NCBI GenBank assembly: GCA_003220795.1
Contig: QHTK01000050.1
Location: 670-64,669, forward strand
Length of the DNA: 64,000 nt
Reading direction: 5' to 3'
DNA from: Gemmatimonadota bacterium
GTDB lineage: Bacteria; Gemmatimonadota; Gemmatimonadetes; Gemmatimonadales; GWC2-71-9
Positions 1 through 10,943 of this stretch are shown piece by piece (within the stretch, counting starts at the first letter, position 1; the number at the start of each line of letters is the position of its first letter). The notes under the pieces were generated by a model. The model had not been told where the DNA came from, made no database searches, and saw nothing but the letters and a program-made list of their open reading frames with translations. The position numbers were made by a program, and so were the translations under genes.

Positions 1-1127
1 ACCAGAATCGGACTCACGACGTCCAGCACGTCGGGGCCGGTGCCCGCCGCGCGCGCCCGGTCCAGCGCCGCCCGCTGCTCGAAGACGCGGACGGCTTTGA
101 GCGCCAGGTTCGCGAAGTTGACCATGCTCCGCTCCATCGCCCGTGTGGGGTCGTCCCGGTACGTGAACTGGTCCTGGCTGTAGTAGCCGCCGTACTCGCG
201 CACGAACGTGGTGAACAGGTACTCCACCGATTCGGGAATCGACAGCGTCCCGAACATGCAATCCTGGTCGTTGCGACCCTGGCGCGCGTCGTTGATGTCG
301 AACTTGTGAACCGGGACGCCCGCGTACGCCGCCAGGTCGCACGCCGTGGAGGCGGTCGTGCCCTCCATCTTCTGGTGGCCGTAGTCGATCGTGAGGCCGC
401 AGTTCGTGCCGCCGCAGAGCTGATTCACCCGCTGGGCTACGAGGATCGCCGACGCGGCCGTGGGAATGATCATGTACAGCTCCCGCGGCTCGTAGGGCTT
501 GGGCTCGATGGCGAGCTTGATCCCCGCCTTGAGGCATTCCCGGTTGGCCGTCACGAGCGCCTCGGTGAACCATTCGAGCCCCTGCTGGTAGTCGATCTGA
601 AAGTGGTAGTCGGCGCCGTCGGAGCCCGGCCACACGCTGACGATGGGGAGCTTCAAGGCCTGCGCGATCTCGACCGCCTTCAGGATCTCGTCGGTGGCGG
701 CGCGGCGCAACGCGGGGTTCGGGTTGCACGGTCCTCCCAGCCGAAAGCGCGGATTCGTCCAGGTGTTGACGTTGCACGCCGTAATCCGCATGCCCAGGTC
801 GCGCAGGTAGCCGTCGCGCGCGCGCTCCAGCGCCGGCCAATCGATGTCGCCGTTCAGCGTCTTCTCGAACACGCTCTGGTGGATCTCGATCGCGTCGATG
901 CCGGCGGCGTGTGTGCGCTTGCACTGCGCTTCGAAGTCGCCCTTGAAGCTCGTATCGTCGGAGTGGTAGCCGGGCGGCGCAAAGCGGTCGCAAAAGTCGC
1001 CCGCCGACCAGTGCCCCACGCTCATCTTGATGTCCATCCGCTTCAGGAATGCGATGGCCTCGGCCCGGCCGAGGTAGCGACTCTGTGAACGGGCGAACGC
1101 GAGCTGCTCGGCGTTGAAGCGTGTCAT
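1..1127 (-). CDS. Xylose isomerase-family (TIM barrel) sugar isomerase; 3' end runs off the window
   Basis: Not in the ORF track; translated by hand from ATG at 1127: MTRFNAEQ...VWPGSDGADY...IEPKPYEPRE...IDYGH...DINDARQGRNDQD. These are the class I xylose-isomerase metal and substrate motifs. Confidence 0.8.
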   Translation of the reverse strand, partial: MTRFNAEQLAFARSQSRYLGRAEAIAFLKRMDIKMSVGHWSAGDFCDRFAPPGYHSDDTSFKGDFEAQCKRTHAAGIDAIEIHQSVFEKTLNGDIDWPALERARDGYLRDLGMRITACNVNTWTNPRFRLGGPCNPNPALRRAATDEILKAVEIAQALKLPIVSVWPGSDGADYHFQIDYQQGLEWFTEALVTANRECLKAGIKLAIEPKPYEPRELYMIIPTAASAILVAQRVNQLCGGTNCGLTIDYGHQKMEGTTASTACDLAAYAGVPVHKFDINDARQGRNDQDCMFGTLSIPESVEYLFTTFVREYGGYYSQDQFTYRDDPTRAMERSMVNFANLALKAVRVFEQRAALDRARAAGTGPDVLDVVSPIL

Positions 1128-1151
1128 GAGGAGTACCTGATGTTTGCCGGG

Positions 1152-1180
1152 AGATTGGACCGCGCTGCGGCCGGTGTCAA
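1152..1180 (-). promoter_or_regulatory. Putative sigma70 promoter for the isomerase gene
   Basis: Minus strand TTGACA-17 bp-CAATCT, with the -10 element ~25 nt before the ATG at 1127. Confidence 0.35.
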
Positions 1181-3180
1181 GCAAGATCCGCCAGGCCGCG
1201 GTACAGCTCGAGCGCCTGCGGATTGGCGAGCGCCTCGCGATTCTCGACCGGCAGCCCGTGGACGACCGCGCGCACGGCGAGCTCGCTGATCTTCCCGCTG
1301 ATGGTGCGCGGGATGTCGGCGACCTGCACGATCCGGCGCGGCACGTGGTGCGGGCTGGCGTTCTCGCGGATGCAGCGCCGGATGCGCTCCCGCAACGCCT
1401 CGTCCAGGGCGAGACCGTCGCGCAGGCGGACGAACAGGACGATCCGCTCGTCCGCGCCCGCGGGGGAGCCGATGCGCTGCCCGATCGCCAGGCTCTCGAG
1501 CACCTCCGGCAGCTCGTCCACCTGGCGGTAAATCTCGGCCGTACCGATACGGACGCCGCCGGGGTTGAGCGTCGCGTCGCTGCGCCCGTGAATGATCAGC
1601 CCGCCGTGCTCGGTGACTTGGGCCCAGTCGCCGTGCCGCCACGCTCCGGGGTAGCGCTCGAAATACGCGGCGCGGTATTTCGCCCCGTCGGCATCGTTCC
1701 AGAACGCCATCGGCATGCTGGGAAACGGCTTCGTGCAGACCAGCTCGCCGGCCGTGCCCACGAGGGGCGCACCGCGCGGGTCGAACACCTGCACGGCCAT
1801 GCCGAGGCCGGGCGCCTGCAGCTCGTCGCGCCACACCGGCTCAGTCGGGTTGCCGATCGCGAAGCAGGAGATGATCTCCGTGCCGCCACTGATGTTGCAC
1901 AGGTGCACATCCCGCTTGATCCTACCGTACACGTAGTCGTAGCTGTGGCCGGCAAGCGGGCTGCCGGTGGACAGGATGGTCCGGAGCGCGGACAGGTCGT
2001 GGGTCTCTGCCGGCACCAGCCCTTCCTTCTCGGCAAGCGCCAGGTACTTCGCGCTCGTGCCGAAGACGCTGACGTGCTCCTCTCCCAGCAGACTCCACAG
2101 GGCATCCGGGCGCGGGGCGAAGGGCGCACCGTCGTACAGCACCACCGTAGCATGCACGGCCAGGGCGCTCACGAGCCAGTTCCACATCATCCACCCGCAC
2201 GTGGTGATGTAGCAGAGCCGGTCCTCCTGCTTCAGATCGACGTGCAACACGTGCTCCTTTTGGTGCTGCAGCAGCGTGCCCCCGGCGCCGTGCACCATGC
2301 ACTTCGGGAGTCCCGTCGTGCCCGACGAATAGAGGATGTAGACCGGATGGTTGAACGGGAACCGCTCGAATTCGAGCGTAGCCTCCCGCGCCGGCGGCCC
2401 CAGCCACTCGTCCCACAGCACAGCGCCCCGGATCTTGTGGATCGGGGGCCGCTCCGCGAGGTACGGAATGACCACCACCTGCTCGATCGCCGGGATCCGC
2501 CCGGCGATGTCGGCGACGCGCCCGAGGCAGTCGATCTCCTTTCCGCCGTAGCGACACCCGTCGGCACAGAACAGGATGCGTGGCGCGATCTGGCCGAAGC
2601 GGTCCACGACGCCCGCCACGCCGAAGTCGGGCGAGCAGGACGACCAGACGGCGCCGAGGCTCGTGGCCGCGAGCATCGCGATCACCGTCTCGGGGATGTT
2701 CGGCATGAACCCCGCCACGCGATCTCCCGGCCGGAGGCCTGCCGCGCGCAGCGCCGCCGCGACCCGAGCCGTCGCGGCGTGGAGCGCGCGGTAACTCAGC
2801 TCGCGCCGCGTCCCGGACTCATTCCATGCCACGAGCGCCGGGTGTGCGTCGCGCCGCCGCAGCAGGTTTTCGGCGAAGTTCAGGCGCGCGCCCGGGAACC
2901 AGCTTGGCCCCCGCACTGGGTCGGGCGGGGCCATGCGGTCCAGCCCCACTCCAACCTCGTCCCACGGCTCGGCTCCTCCGTCCCGCTCTGCCGCAATCAC
3001 GCCGCAGAAGCGCCACACGGCAGGCCAGAACCGCTCCGGCGATGTGATCGACCAGCGGTACAACGAGGGATAGTCGGCGACGTCCGCCCCATACTCCCGA
3101 CGCACTGTTGCGATGAAGGCGGTCAGGTTTGCGCGGGCCACCCGGTCGGGCGACGGCGTCCAGAGGGGGGGGTGGTCCAA
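1177..3180 (-). CDS. Acetoacetate--CoA ligase (acetoacetyl-CoA synthetase)
   Basis: [70 protein letters not shown]. Confidence 0.92.
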   Translation of the reverse strand: MDHPPLWTPSPDRVARANLTAFIATVRREYGADVADYPSLYRWSITSPERFWPAVWRFCGVIAAERDGGAEPWDEVGVGLDRMAPPDPVRGPSWFPGARLNFAENLLRRRDAHPALVAWNESGTRRELSYRALHAATARVAAALRAAGLRPGDRVAGFMPNIPETVIAMLAATSLGAVWSSCSPDFGVAGVVDRFGQIAPRILFCADGCRYGGKEIDCLGRVADIAGRIPAIEQVVVIPYLAERPPIHKIRGAVLWDEWLGPPAREATLEFERFPFNHPVYILYSSGTTGLPKCMVHGAGGTLLQHQKEHVLHVDLKQEDRLCYITTCGWMMWNWLVSALAVHATVVLYDGAPFAPRPDALWSLLGEEHVSVFGTSAKYLALAEKEGLVPAETHDLSALRTILSTGSPLAGHSYDYVYGRIKRDVHLCNISGGTEIISCFAIGNPTEPVWRDELQAPGLGMAVQVFDPRGAPLVGTAGELVCTKPFPSMPMAFWNDADGAKYRAAYFERYPGAWRHGDWAQVTEHGGLIIHGRSDATLNPGGVRIGTAEIYRQVDELPEVLESLAIGQRIGSPAGADERIVLFVRLRDGLALDEALRERIRRCIRENASPHHVPRRIVQVADIPRTISGKISELAVRAVVHGLPVENREALANPQALELYRGLADLA

Positions 3181-3182
3181 TC

Positions 3183-4856
3183 CTACTTCGTCACGTTAGG
3201 TGACGCCGTCACGTTGCGGGTGATGACATAGTAGTTCGCGTCTGCCTTGAAATCGGCCGGCGTCCCGAGCCGTAGCGGCACGGTCTGCCACTCCCCCGTC
3301 GGGTGTACCACGCTGAAGGTATCCGGCGACAGGCTGACTTTGAGCGACATGTCGAACCCGGGGACGACGTCCGTCCAGCGATACGACAACACCCCTCCCT
3401 CGATGCGGTATTCCAGCACAGGCACCTGGGTGGTGCGCAGGTACTGATCGAAGACCTTGGTCAGATCGGTTCCCGCGTGCGCGCTGATGTAATCTTCCAC
3501 CTGTTTGCCCATCACCGTCTGGTGCCAGAACGTCCGATTGAGCCCGCGCAGGATCGCCCGCCACTTGTCGTCGTCGTCGACAATCTGCCGGATGGTGTGC
3601 AGCATGTTCCCGCCCTTGGGGTACATGTCGCCGGAGCCCTGATCGTTCACGCCGTACGCCGGGATGATCGGCCGGTCGTTACGGATGCTGCGACGGGTGC
3701 CGATCGTGTAGTCGGCGCCGGCCTGCTTTCCGAAGAGGCACTCGGTGTACAGCCCCTCGGCGTAGTTGGCGAAGCTCTCGTGCACCCACATGTCGGCGAG
3801 GTCCTTCGTGGTGATGTTGTTGCCGAACCACTCGTGAGCGCTTTCGTGCACGATGATGAAGTCCCACTTCAAGCCGAGGCCGGTGCCCGAGCCGTCGCGC
3901 CCGCGGTAGCCGTTCGCGTACCAGTTGCCGTAGGCGACGGCGCTCTGGTGCTCCATCCCGGGGTGCGGCACTTCGACCAGTTTGTACCCGTCCTCGTACC
4001 ACGGATACGGACCGAACCAGTGCTCGAAACACCGGAGCATCGTGGTGGCCTGGACGAACTGCCGCTTCGCGGCGTCGAGGTGATAGCGGAGGGGCCAGAA
4101 GTCGAGCGTGAGTGGTCCGTCCTCTCCCTGGAACAGGTCACCGTAGTGCTCGTAGCTCCCCGCGCCGACGGCGATGGCGTAGTTGTTGATCGGGTTGACC
4201 ACGAACCACTCGTAGGTCGTCGTGCCGTCCGCGTGGTGCGTGACGCGGCGCAGCCGCCCGTTGGAGACGTCGATCAACGGATCGGGCACGGTGAGCGCCA
4301 CGCGCTGGCTGTCGGGCTCGTCCGCCTGCGTGTCCTTGTTGGGCCACCACACGCTCGCACCCATGCCCTGATCGGTCGTGACGATCCACGGGCGGCCCAG
4401 GCTGTCCGTGGTCCAGGTGAAGCCGCCCTGCCAGGGAGGCCGCTCTGCCACCCGCGGCTTGCCGTGGTAATAGACCGTGATCGTGCGACGGTCGCCCGCC
4501 CGCTGGCGGGTAGGCAGGTTCGCGAAATAGGCGTTTCCTTCCCGGCGGAACATCACCGCCCGCCCGTCTTGCTCCATACTGTCGACCTCGAGCGGCGCCA
4601 TCAGGTCGACCTGCAGTTCGCGGCCCGGCGTGAGAACCCGGTAGGCGATGCCGTCGTATCCGCGGATACTGCTGTCCGCGGGATGAACGGCCACGTGGAG
4701 GTCGTAGAACACGACGTCCCACCACGCGCGTCCCGGCGTCGTGAACGAGCCCCGCAGCGTATCGGCGCGGGTGAAGAGTCGGCCGGCCTGGGCCGCGACG
4801 GTAGTGACCTGGGCGAGGGTGAGCGTAGCGCCGAGGAGCGCTCTCAGCAGCGCCAT
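3183..4856 (-). CDS. Secreted M1-family zinc aminopeptidase
   Basis: GMEHQ and HESAHEW...WVHESFANY zinc motif; signal peptide after the likely start MALLRALL at 4856. Confidence 0.88.
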   Translation of the reverse strand: MALLRALLGATLTLAQVTTVAAQAGRLFTRADTLRGSFTTPGRAWWDVVFYDLHVAVHPADSSIRGYDGIAYRVLTPGRELQVDLMAPLEVDSMEQDGRAVMFRREGNAYFANLPTRQRAGDRRTITVYYHGKPRVAERPPWQGGFTWTTDSLGRPWIVTTDQGMGASVWWPNKDTQADEPDSQRVALTVPDPLIDVSNGRLRRVTHHADGTTTYEWFVVNPINNYAIAVGAGSYEHYGDLFQGEDGPLTLDFWPLRYHLDAAKRQFVQATTMLRCFEHWFGPYPWYEDGYKLVEVPHPGMEHQSAVAYGNWYANGYRGRDGSGTGLGLKWDFIIVHESAHEWFGNNITTKDLADMWVHESFANYAEGLYTECLFGKQAGADYTIGTRRSIRNDRPIIPAYGVNDQGSGDMYPKGGNMLHTIRQIVDDDDKWRAILRGLNRTFWHQTVMGKQVEDYISAHAGTDLTKVFDQYLRTTQVPVLEYRIEGGVLSYRWTDVVPGFDMSLKVSLSPDTFSVVHPTGEWQTVPLRLGTPADFKADANYYVITRNVTASPNVTK

Positions 4857-5470
4857 TCGGCCTTGACGCGAGCGCGGCGCCGCCAAATCCAGCTCACCAG
4901 CGCCGCGAGCGCGATCGCTCCGGCGACGACCGTGCTGGTGCGGCCGATCCAGTGCTCCGCCATCTGCCAACTGGCACCGAGGAAATAGCCGAGCAGGACG
5001 AAGGTGACGGTCCAGAGGACGGCGCCCAGCGCGTTGTAGACGAGGAAAATCCGATAGGGCATGCGGGAGGCGCCGGCCACGAAGGGCACCAGCGCACGTG
5101 CAAACCCGATGAACCGGCCCACCAGGACCGCCTTCCCGCCTTGGCCGGCAAAGAAGGCGTCCGCGCGGACGAGGTGCTCCTCCCGCAACCCGAGGCGGGA
5201 CCCGAAGCGGAGCAGCCAGGCACGCCCCAGCCGGTTGCCGAGCTGGTAACCGATGTTGTCGCCCAGCGTGGCGCCGACCGCCGCGGCGGCGATCACGGCG
5301 TCAAGATCGAGCACACCCTGATGCGCGAAGAATCCGGACGCGAGCACCAGACTTTCGCCCGGGACCAGGAGACCCGCGAATGCGGCGGACTCGAGGGCCG
5401 CCGCGACGAAAATGATGACGTAGCTCCAGTGGCCGAGCCGGGCGACCAGTTCTAGGAGATACGGCAGCAC
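4844..5470 (-). CDS. DedA-family membrane protein
   Basis: ESAAFAGLLVPGESL, GDNIGY, GRFIGFARALVPFVAG, YNALGAVLW. Confidence 0.9.
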   Translation of the reverse strand: MLPYLLELVARLGHWSYVIIFVAAALESAAFAGLLVPGESLVLASGFFAHQGVLDLDAVIAAAAVGATLGDNIGYQLGNRLGRAWLLRFGSRLGLREEHLVRADAFFAGQGGKAVLVGRFIGFARALVPFVAGASRMPYRIFLVYNALGAVLWTVTFVLLGYFLGASWQMAEHWIGRTSTVVAGAIALAALVSWIWRRRARVKAEWRC

Positions 5471-5482
5471 GCGACGCGCGCC

Positions 5483-5896
5483 TCACTCCCCCCCACGTGC
5501 GACCCGCAGCTCGATCCAGTCCACCTGTCGGGCTTGCACGGCGTCGCGGACCTGCCGCTCCCGGACGTTCAGCGTCGCTCCTCCCGTCTTGACTTCGATG
5601 AACACGACGCGACGCAGCTGGCCTTCGTCCAACCCGTCAAACACGACGAGGTCGACCGGCGTGCCGAGAAAGCGTGCGTCCTTCGGGTTGAATTGGAACT
5701 CGGGCAGGTACGGGATCAGCTGCTCGTGCACCTTGCCGACGGTCACGGCGTGGCTGCGTTGAATGGCATCCTGCCGGATGGCGTCCGTGTACCGGGCTCG
5801 CCATCGCTGGAAATAGACGAGCGCCAGTAGCAACCCGATCCCGATCCCGAGGACCAGCGCGAGCAGGGCCGCCAGCACGTTCCAGGTGACGCTCAC
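5483..5896 (-). CDS. Holliday junction resolvase-like PD-(D/E)xK endonuclease (Endonuc_Holl-type) with N-terminal TM helix
   Basis: EQLIPYLPEF.FNPKDARFLGTPVDLVVFDG...FIEVKTG; hydrophobic residues ~5-28. Confidence 0.75.
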   Translation of the reverse strand: MSVTWNVLAALLALVLGIGIGLLLALVYFQRWRARYTDAIRQDAIQRSHAVTVGKVHEQLIPYLPEFQFNPKDARFLGTPVDLVVFDGLDEGQLRRVVFIEVKTGGATLNVRERQVRDAVQARQVDWIELRVARGGE

Positions 5897-5959
5897 GTCC
5901 CCAATCTACGCCGCTCGTGTGCTACATTGCCACGACGCCGCTCCCCAAAGGAGTGCCAC

Positions 5960-7381
5960 GTGACGGAACAGACCCTTGCCGCAAGCGCCGGGCGGCCTGG
6001 CGACTGGTGGACCGTGGTGCGCGATGCCGTCCGCGGCATCCCGCACGACTACACGTCGGGGTCGCTGGGCCGGGGAATCGTGCTGCTGGCCATCCCGATG
6101 GTGCTGGAAATGGGGATGGAGTCGATCTTCGCCGTGGTCGATGTATTCTGGGTCTCGCGTCTCGGTCCCGACGCGGTCGCTACGGTCGGCCTCACGGAAT
6201 CGATTCTGACCCTGGTGTACACCGCCGCCATGGGACTCTCGATCGGAGTCGCGGCGGTCGTGGCGCGCCGCATCGGCGAGCGGCGTCCCGACGCCGCCTC
6301 CGAAGCCGCCGTGCAGGGGATCGCCCTTGGGCTCGTGGTCGCCGCGCTCGTTGCAAGCCTGGGGATCACGCTCGCCCCGCGGTTGCTCGCCGTCATGGGG
6401 GCCTCGCCCGCCGTGACCGCCATCGGTACGGGATACACCCGGACGATGCTGGGCGGCAGCGCGACGGTGCTGCTGCTCTTCCTCATCAACGCGATCTTCC
6501 GGGGAGCAGGCGACGCCGCGATCGCCATGCGGGTCCTGTGGCTCGCCAACTCGATCAACATCCTCCTCGGTCCGTGTCTGATCTTCGGGCTCGGGCCCTT
6601 TCCCCGGCTGGGGGTCACGGGGGCGGCCGTGGCCACCACGATCGGCCGCGGCACGGGCGTGCTGTACCAGCTCTATCGCCTGACGCGGGGCGACGCGCGC
6701 GTGGCCGTCCGGCGCGCCCACCTGGCCCTCCGCCCCGCCGTGATGGCCATGTTGCTGCGGCTCTCGGGTTCGGGGACGTTCCAGGTGCTCGTGGGGACCG
6801 CGAGCTATATCGGGCTGGTGCGGATCATGTCCAGCTTCGGCAGCGCCGCCCTCGCGGGCTACACCATCGCGATCCGGATCCTGATCTTCGCGCTGCTCCC
6901 GTCGTGGGGCCTGTCGAATGCCGCCGCCACCATGGTGGGCCAGTCCCTGGGCGCCGGCAAGCCGGAGCGCGCCGAGCGGGCTGCGTGGCTCGCCGGAGGC
7001 TATAACATGGCGGTGCTCGGCACCGTGGGCGTGCTGTTCATCCTGCTCGCCGGCCCGATCGTGGGATTGTTCACCCAGGACCCGGTGGCATGGCCGGCCG
7101 GCGCCCTGGGCCTCCGCACCATGAGCTTCGGCTTCGTGTTCTACGCGCTCGGCATGGTGCTCACCCAGGCGTTCAACGGTGCGGGTGACACCTGGACGCC
7201 GACGTTCATCAACCTGGGCTGCTTCTGGCTGTGGGAGATTCCGCTCGCCTATGTCCTCGCCCGGGTGTGGGGGCTCGGGCCCCAAGGCGTGTTCCTCGCC
7301 ATCACCGTGGCCTACTCGACGCTGGCGCTCGTGAGCGTCGTGCTGTTCAAGCGCGGGCGCTGGAAGCTGCGCCGAGTCTAG
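5960..7381 (+). CDS. MATE-family efflux transporter
   Basis: LAIPMVLEM...VDVFWVSRLG, RGAGDA, GVTGAAVATT, GQSLGAGK; ~12 TM segments; GTG start after AAGGAG. Confidence 0.92.
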   Translation: MTEQTLAASAGRPGDWWTVVRDAVRGIPHDYTSGSLGRGIVLLAIPMVLEMGMESIFAVVDVFWVSRLGPDAVATVGLTESILTLVYTAAMGLSIGVAAVVARRIGERRPDAASEAAVQGIALGLVVAALVASLGITLAPRLLAVMGASPAVTAIGTGYTRTMLGGSATVLLLFLINAIFRGAGDAAIAMRVLWLANSINILLGPCLIFGLGPFPRLGVTGAAVATTIGRGTGVLYQLYRLTRGDARVAVRRAHLALRPAVMAMLLRLSGSGTFQVLVGTASYIGLVRIMSSFGSAALAGYTIAIRILIFALLPSWGLSNAAATMVGQSLGAGKPERAERAAWLAGGYNMAVLGTVGVLFILLAGPIVGLFTQDPVAWPAGALGLRTMSFGFVFYALGMVLTQAFNGAGDTWTPTFINLGCFWLWEIPLAYVLARVWGLGPQGVFLAITVAYSTLALVSVVLFKRGRWKLRRV

Positions 7382-7383
7382 CG

Positions 7384-10149
7384 ATGACGACGACTCACCT
7401 GACCGCGGCCGTTCCCCTCCCACCCCCCGTGGCGCGGGCGCAGGACGGCCCGCTGCGTCAGGACGTGCGCTGGCTCGCGGCGACGCTGGGACGGGTGGTC
7501 GGCCGGCTGGCGGGGGAAGAAACATTCCGCGCGGTCGAGGAGCTGCGACGGGCCTGTCGGGCCCGCCGGCTCGGCGTCGCCGGGGCACCCGATTTGGACG
7601 CGCTGCTCGCCCGCACCCGCTCGCTCGACCCCGAGACCGCGCGGCTCACGGCCCGGGCCTTCACGGTGTTCTTCATCCTGATCAACGCGGCGGAGCAAGC
7701 CCACCGGGTGCGGCGGTCGCGGCAGGACGACCTCGCGGCGGCACAGCGCGGATCGGTGCGCTGGTCGCTGCGCCGCCTGCGCGAAGCCGGCCGCGGAGCC
7801 GAAGAGGTGGCCCGCGCCCTGGCGTCGCTCGATGTACGCCCGGTCCTCACCGCGCATCCCACGGAGTCCGCGCGCCGCACCATCCTCGATCTGCAGGCGC
7901 GCCTGGCGGAGGGGTTACTCACGCGGGACGGCGCACCGGAGCCCCAGCGTCGGGCGATCGAGCGGCACCTGGAGGGCGAGGTGGAGCTCTTGTGGCTCAC
8001 CGAGGAAATTCGGCGCGACCGCCCGTCGGTCATGGACGAGGTGTCGAACGCGCTGTGGTATCTGGAGGATCGCCTCCTGGAAGCGGCGTCGCGGGTGCGC
8101 GAGCGGCTCGTGGAAGCGTTCGAGGACGAGTTCGGCCGCGGGTTCGGCCCCGCTCCGGTGACGCCGCTCACCCTGGGGAGCTGGGTCGGGGGCGATCGCG
8201 ACGGGAACCCGTTCGTCACCGCGGAGATCACGCTGGCCGCGGCCCGGCGCGCCCGGCGGGCGGTGCTCGACCACTACGCGAAAGCGCTGGCGGACCTGGC
8301 GGCGCGGCTCTCCGTGTCCGAGCGGCTCGCGACCGTCTCGCCCGAGTTGCGGGCGTCGCTCGAGCGTGACCGCGCCGAGCTTCCCGCGGTGTGGGAGCAG
8401 AACCGCCGCCGCAACGCGGATGAGCCGCTCCGCCTGAAAGTCAGCTTCATGCGGGCGCGCGTCGGGGCCGATCCGCCCGGCTACCGCACGGCGCAGGAGC
8501 TGGAACGCGACCTCGCCCTGCTCGCCGATGCCCTCGACACCGTCGGAGCGGCGCATGCGCGGCGCACGCTGGTGGAGCCCCTCCTGGCACAGGTGCGGGC
8601 CCACGGGTTTCACGGGTATCGCCTCGATCTCCGGGAGGACGCCGCCGTCCACACGCGCGCCCTCCACGATCTCACCGCGGCCGTCGGGCTGGGCGAGCTG
8701 GACGGTGCGGCGCTGCGCCGCGAGCTCGCCGGCCGCAGGCCGTTGCACGCGCCCCACGTCCCGCTCGCGGAGCCGACCGACGCAGCGCTGCAGGTCTTTC
8801 GCGTCATGCGGGCGATCCAGGACGAGATCGGAGCGGCCGCGGCCTCGACGTACATCGTGTCGCGCACCCGGTCCGCCGATGACCTGCTGCGTGTGCTGCT
8901 GCTGGCCCGCGAGGGGGGGCTGGTGGACCTGGCGGGGGAGCCCCCGCTCTCGCGCATCGACATCGTGCCGCTGTTCGAAACCCTCGAGGACCTCGAGCAC
9001 GCCCCCGCCGTCGTGCGCTCGCTCCTGGACGATCCGATCTGGCGACGGCAGCTCGAGGCGCGCGGGCGGCATCAGGAAGTGATGCTCGGCTACTCCGATT
9101 CCGCCAAGGACGCGGGGCTGCTCCCGTCGGCATGGGCGCTGTACCGCGTACAGGAGGAGGTAGCGCGCACCTGCGCCGACGCCGGCGTGTCGTGGACCCT
9201 GTTCCACGGGCGCGGCGGCACGGTCGGACGGGGCGGCGGCTCGCCCGTGGCGCGCGCCCTCACCGCGCTGCCTCCGGGCACGGTACAGGGCGGCATCAAG
9301 ATCACTGAGCAGGGCGAGATCGTCTCGCAGAACTTCGGGCTCCCATCCATCGCGGAGCGGAGCCTCGAGCTGATGTTGAGCGGGGTGTTGCTGCACCGGT
9401 TCGAGGACTGGCGCAGCGAGCTCGAGCCGGGCGAGGAAGCGCGCTTCCGGGAGGTCATGGACCGCCTGGCGGCGAAGGCGTTACCGCCGTATCGGGCGTT
9501 GGTGTACGGCAGCGGCGATCTGTTCAAACTGTTCCTCGAGACCACTCCCGTGCGGGAGCTCGCCCATGTCCGGTTCGGATCGCGCCCGGCCTACCGGGGC
9601 CCGGGCGAGCAGACGATCGAGGAGATCCGGGCGATTCCCTGGGTGTTCGGCTGGACCCAGACGCGACTCATGCTCCCGGGATGGCTAGGGGTGGGGACGG
9701 CGCTCGAAGCCGTCGCCGCCGAGCCTGGTGGACTCGGGGTGCTGCGCCGCATGGCCACGGCCTGGCCGTTCTTCGACGACCTGCTCGGCAAGTTGGAGAT
9801 GGTGTGCGCCAAGGCCGATATGGCGATCGCGCGGATGTACGTGCGGGAGCTGGGCGGCGACCTCGCGCTGTTCGATCGGCTCGACGACGAGTTCCGGCGC
9901 ACGGTCGCCGCGCTGCTGCGCATCCGGGAGAGCGAGTACCTGATGCGAGACAATCCGATGCTGCAGACGGCGATCGGCCTGCGCAATCCGTACGTGGACC
10001 CGCTCTCGCTGCTCCAGGTCACACTGTTGCAGCGTTCCCACGCGGCCGCGCCCGAGGCCTCCGGCGGCGACCCGGCCATGACGGCCCTGAGCGCCGGTCT
10101 CGCTTCGACCCTCAACGGCATCGCTCAGGGCCTGCGCAATACGGGGTAG
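7384..10149 (+). CDS. ppc: Phosphoenolpyruvate carboxylase
   Basis: VLTAHPTE, GSWVGGDRDGNP, QEVMLGYSDSAKD, FHGRGGTVGRGG, RAIPWVFGWTQ, C-terminal GLRNTG. Confidence 0.95.
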   Translation: MTTTHLTAAVPLPPPVARAQDGPLRQDVRWLAATLGRVVGRLAGEETFRAVEELRRACRARRLGVAGAPDLDALLARTRSLDPETARLTARAFTVFFILINAAEQAHRVRRSRQDDLAAAQRGSVRWSLRRLREAGRGAEEVARALASLDVRPVLTAHPTESARRTILDLQARLAEGLLTRDGAPEPQRRAIERHLEGEVELLWLTEEIRRDRPSVMDEVSNALWYLEDRLLEAASRVRERLVEAFEDEFGRGFGPAPVTPLTLGSWVGGDRDGNPFVTAEITLAAARRARRAVLDHYAKALADLAARLSVSERLATVSPELRASLERDRAELPAVWEQNRRRNADEPLRLKVSFMRARVGADPPGYRTAQELERDLALLADALDTVGAAHARRTLVEPLLAQVRAHGFHGYRLDLREDAAVHTRALHDLTAAVGLGELDGAALRRELAGRRPLHAPHVPLAEPTDAALQVFRVMRAIQDEIGAAAASTYIVSRTRSADDLLRVLLLAREGGLVDLAGEPPLSRIDIVPLFETLEDLEHAPAVVRSLLDDPIWRRQLEARGRHQEVMLGYSDSAKDAGLLPSAWALYRVQEEVARTCADAGVSWTLFHGRGGTVGRGGGSPVARALTALPPGTVQGGIKITEQGEIVSQNFGLPSIAERSLELMLSGVLLHRFEDWRSELEPGEEARFREVMDRLAAKALPPYRALVYGSGDLFKLFLETTPVRELAHVRFGSRPAYRGPGEQTIEEIRAIPWVFGWTQTRLMLPGWLGVGTALEAVAAEPGGLGVLRRMATAWPFFDDLLGKLEMVCAKADMAIARMYVRELGGDLALFDRLDDEFRRTVAALLRIRESEYLMRDNPMLQTAIGLRNPYVDPLSLLQVTLLQRSHAAAPEASGGDPAMTALSAGLASTLNGIAQGLRNTG

Positions 10150-10202
10150 GTGCGGTCGGGCGAGACCGGTTATTTTGCGTTCTCTCCGCTCACGGAGCAC
10201 CC

Positions 10203-10901
10203 ATGACGTATAAGCCTCTGATCGCCCTCGCGCTCGCGGCCCTGGGTTGCCGCGCCGGCGAGCGCTCGCGCACCGCGACCGCCCGGCCTGACTCGGCCGC
10301 CGCTCCAGTCTCCGCCGGGACTGCGGACTTTCACAACCCCGCGAGTCCCGGCATGCGAGAGCGCGCCCCGGACACGTTCCGCGCCCGCTTCGAGACCAGC
10401 GCAGGTGACTTCGTGGTCGAGGTACACCGCGACTGGGCGCCGTTCGGCGCCGACCGGTTTTACAACCTGGTGAAGAGCGGCTACTACGATGACGCGCGGT
10501 TCTTCCGGGTGATCACCGGTTTCATGGCGCAGTTCGGAATCCACGGCGATCCGCACGTGGCGGCGGTGTGGCGGGACGCGCGCATCCCGGACGATCCGGT
10601 GCGCCAGCACAACTCGCGCGGCGCGGTGAGCTTCGCAACCGCCGGCCCGGGCACCCGCACCACGCAGCTCTTCATCAATTACGCTGACAACAGCCGGCTC
10701 GACGGAATGGGGTTCTCCCCGTTCGGCCGCGTGGTGCTTGGCATGGACGTCGTGGACCGGCTCTATCCCGGATATGGCGAAGGCGCCCCCGGCGGCCGTG
10801 GACCCAACCAGGGCCGCATCCAAGCCGAAGGGAACGCCTACCTCACGCGCGAGTTCCCCAAGCTCGACCGGATCAAACGCGCGACGATCGTCGCGCCCTG
10901 A
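10203..10901 (+). CDS. Cyclophilin-type peptidyl-prolyl isomerase, probable lipoprotein
   Basis: WAPFGADRFYNLV, FFRVITGFMAQFG, RTTQLFIN, FSPFGRVV; signal peptide ending ALGC. Confidence 0.88.
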   Translation: MTYKPLIALALAALGCRAGERSRTATARPDSAAAPVSAGTADFHNPASPGMRERAPDTFRARFETSAGDFVVEVHRDWAPFGADRFYNLVKSGYYDDARFFRVITGFMAQFGIHGDPHVAAVWRDARIPDDPVRQHNSRGAVSFATAGPGTRTTQLFINYADNSRLDGMGFSPFGRVVLGMDVVDRLYPGYGEGAPGGRGPNQGRIQAEGNAYLTREFPKLDRIKRATIVAP

Positions 10902-10943
10902 GCGCGGGCTTGTCATCCCCCTGATCGCAGCGCAGTTTGAGGC

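Noticed and set aside
306..4988. Long plus-strand ORFs (306-1088, 1144-3231, 3303-4988) and similar ones such as 43165-45231, 57617-59104 and 60597-62270
   Set aside because: Antisense shadows of well-supported genes; expected in high-GC DNA and lacking recognisable motifs.
5960..7381. MATE transporter as exporter for the PKS product
   Set aside because: About 14 kb away with unrelated genes in between, and apparently co-transcribed with ppc.
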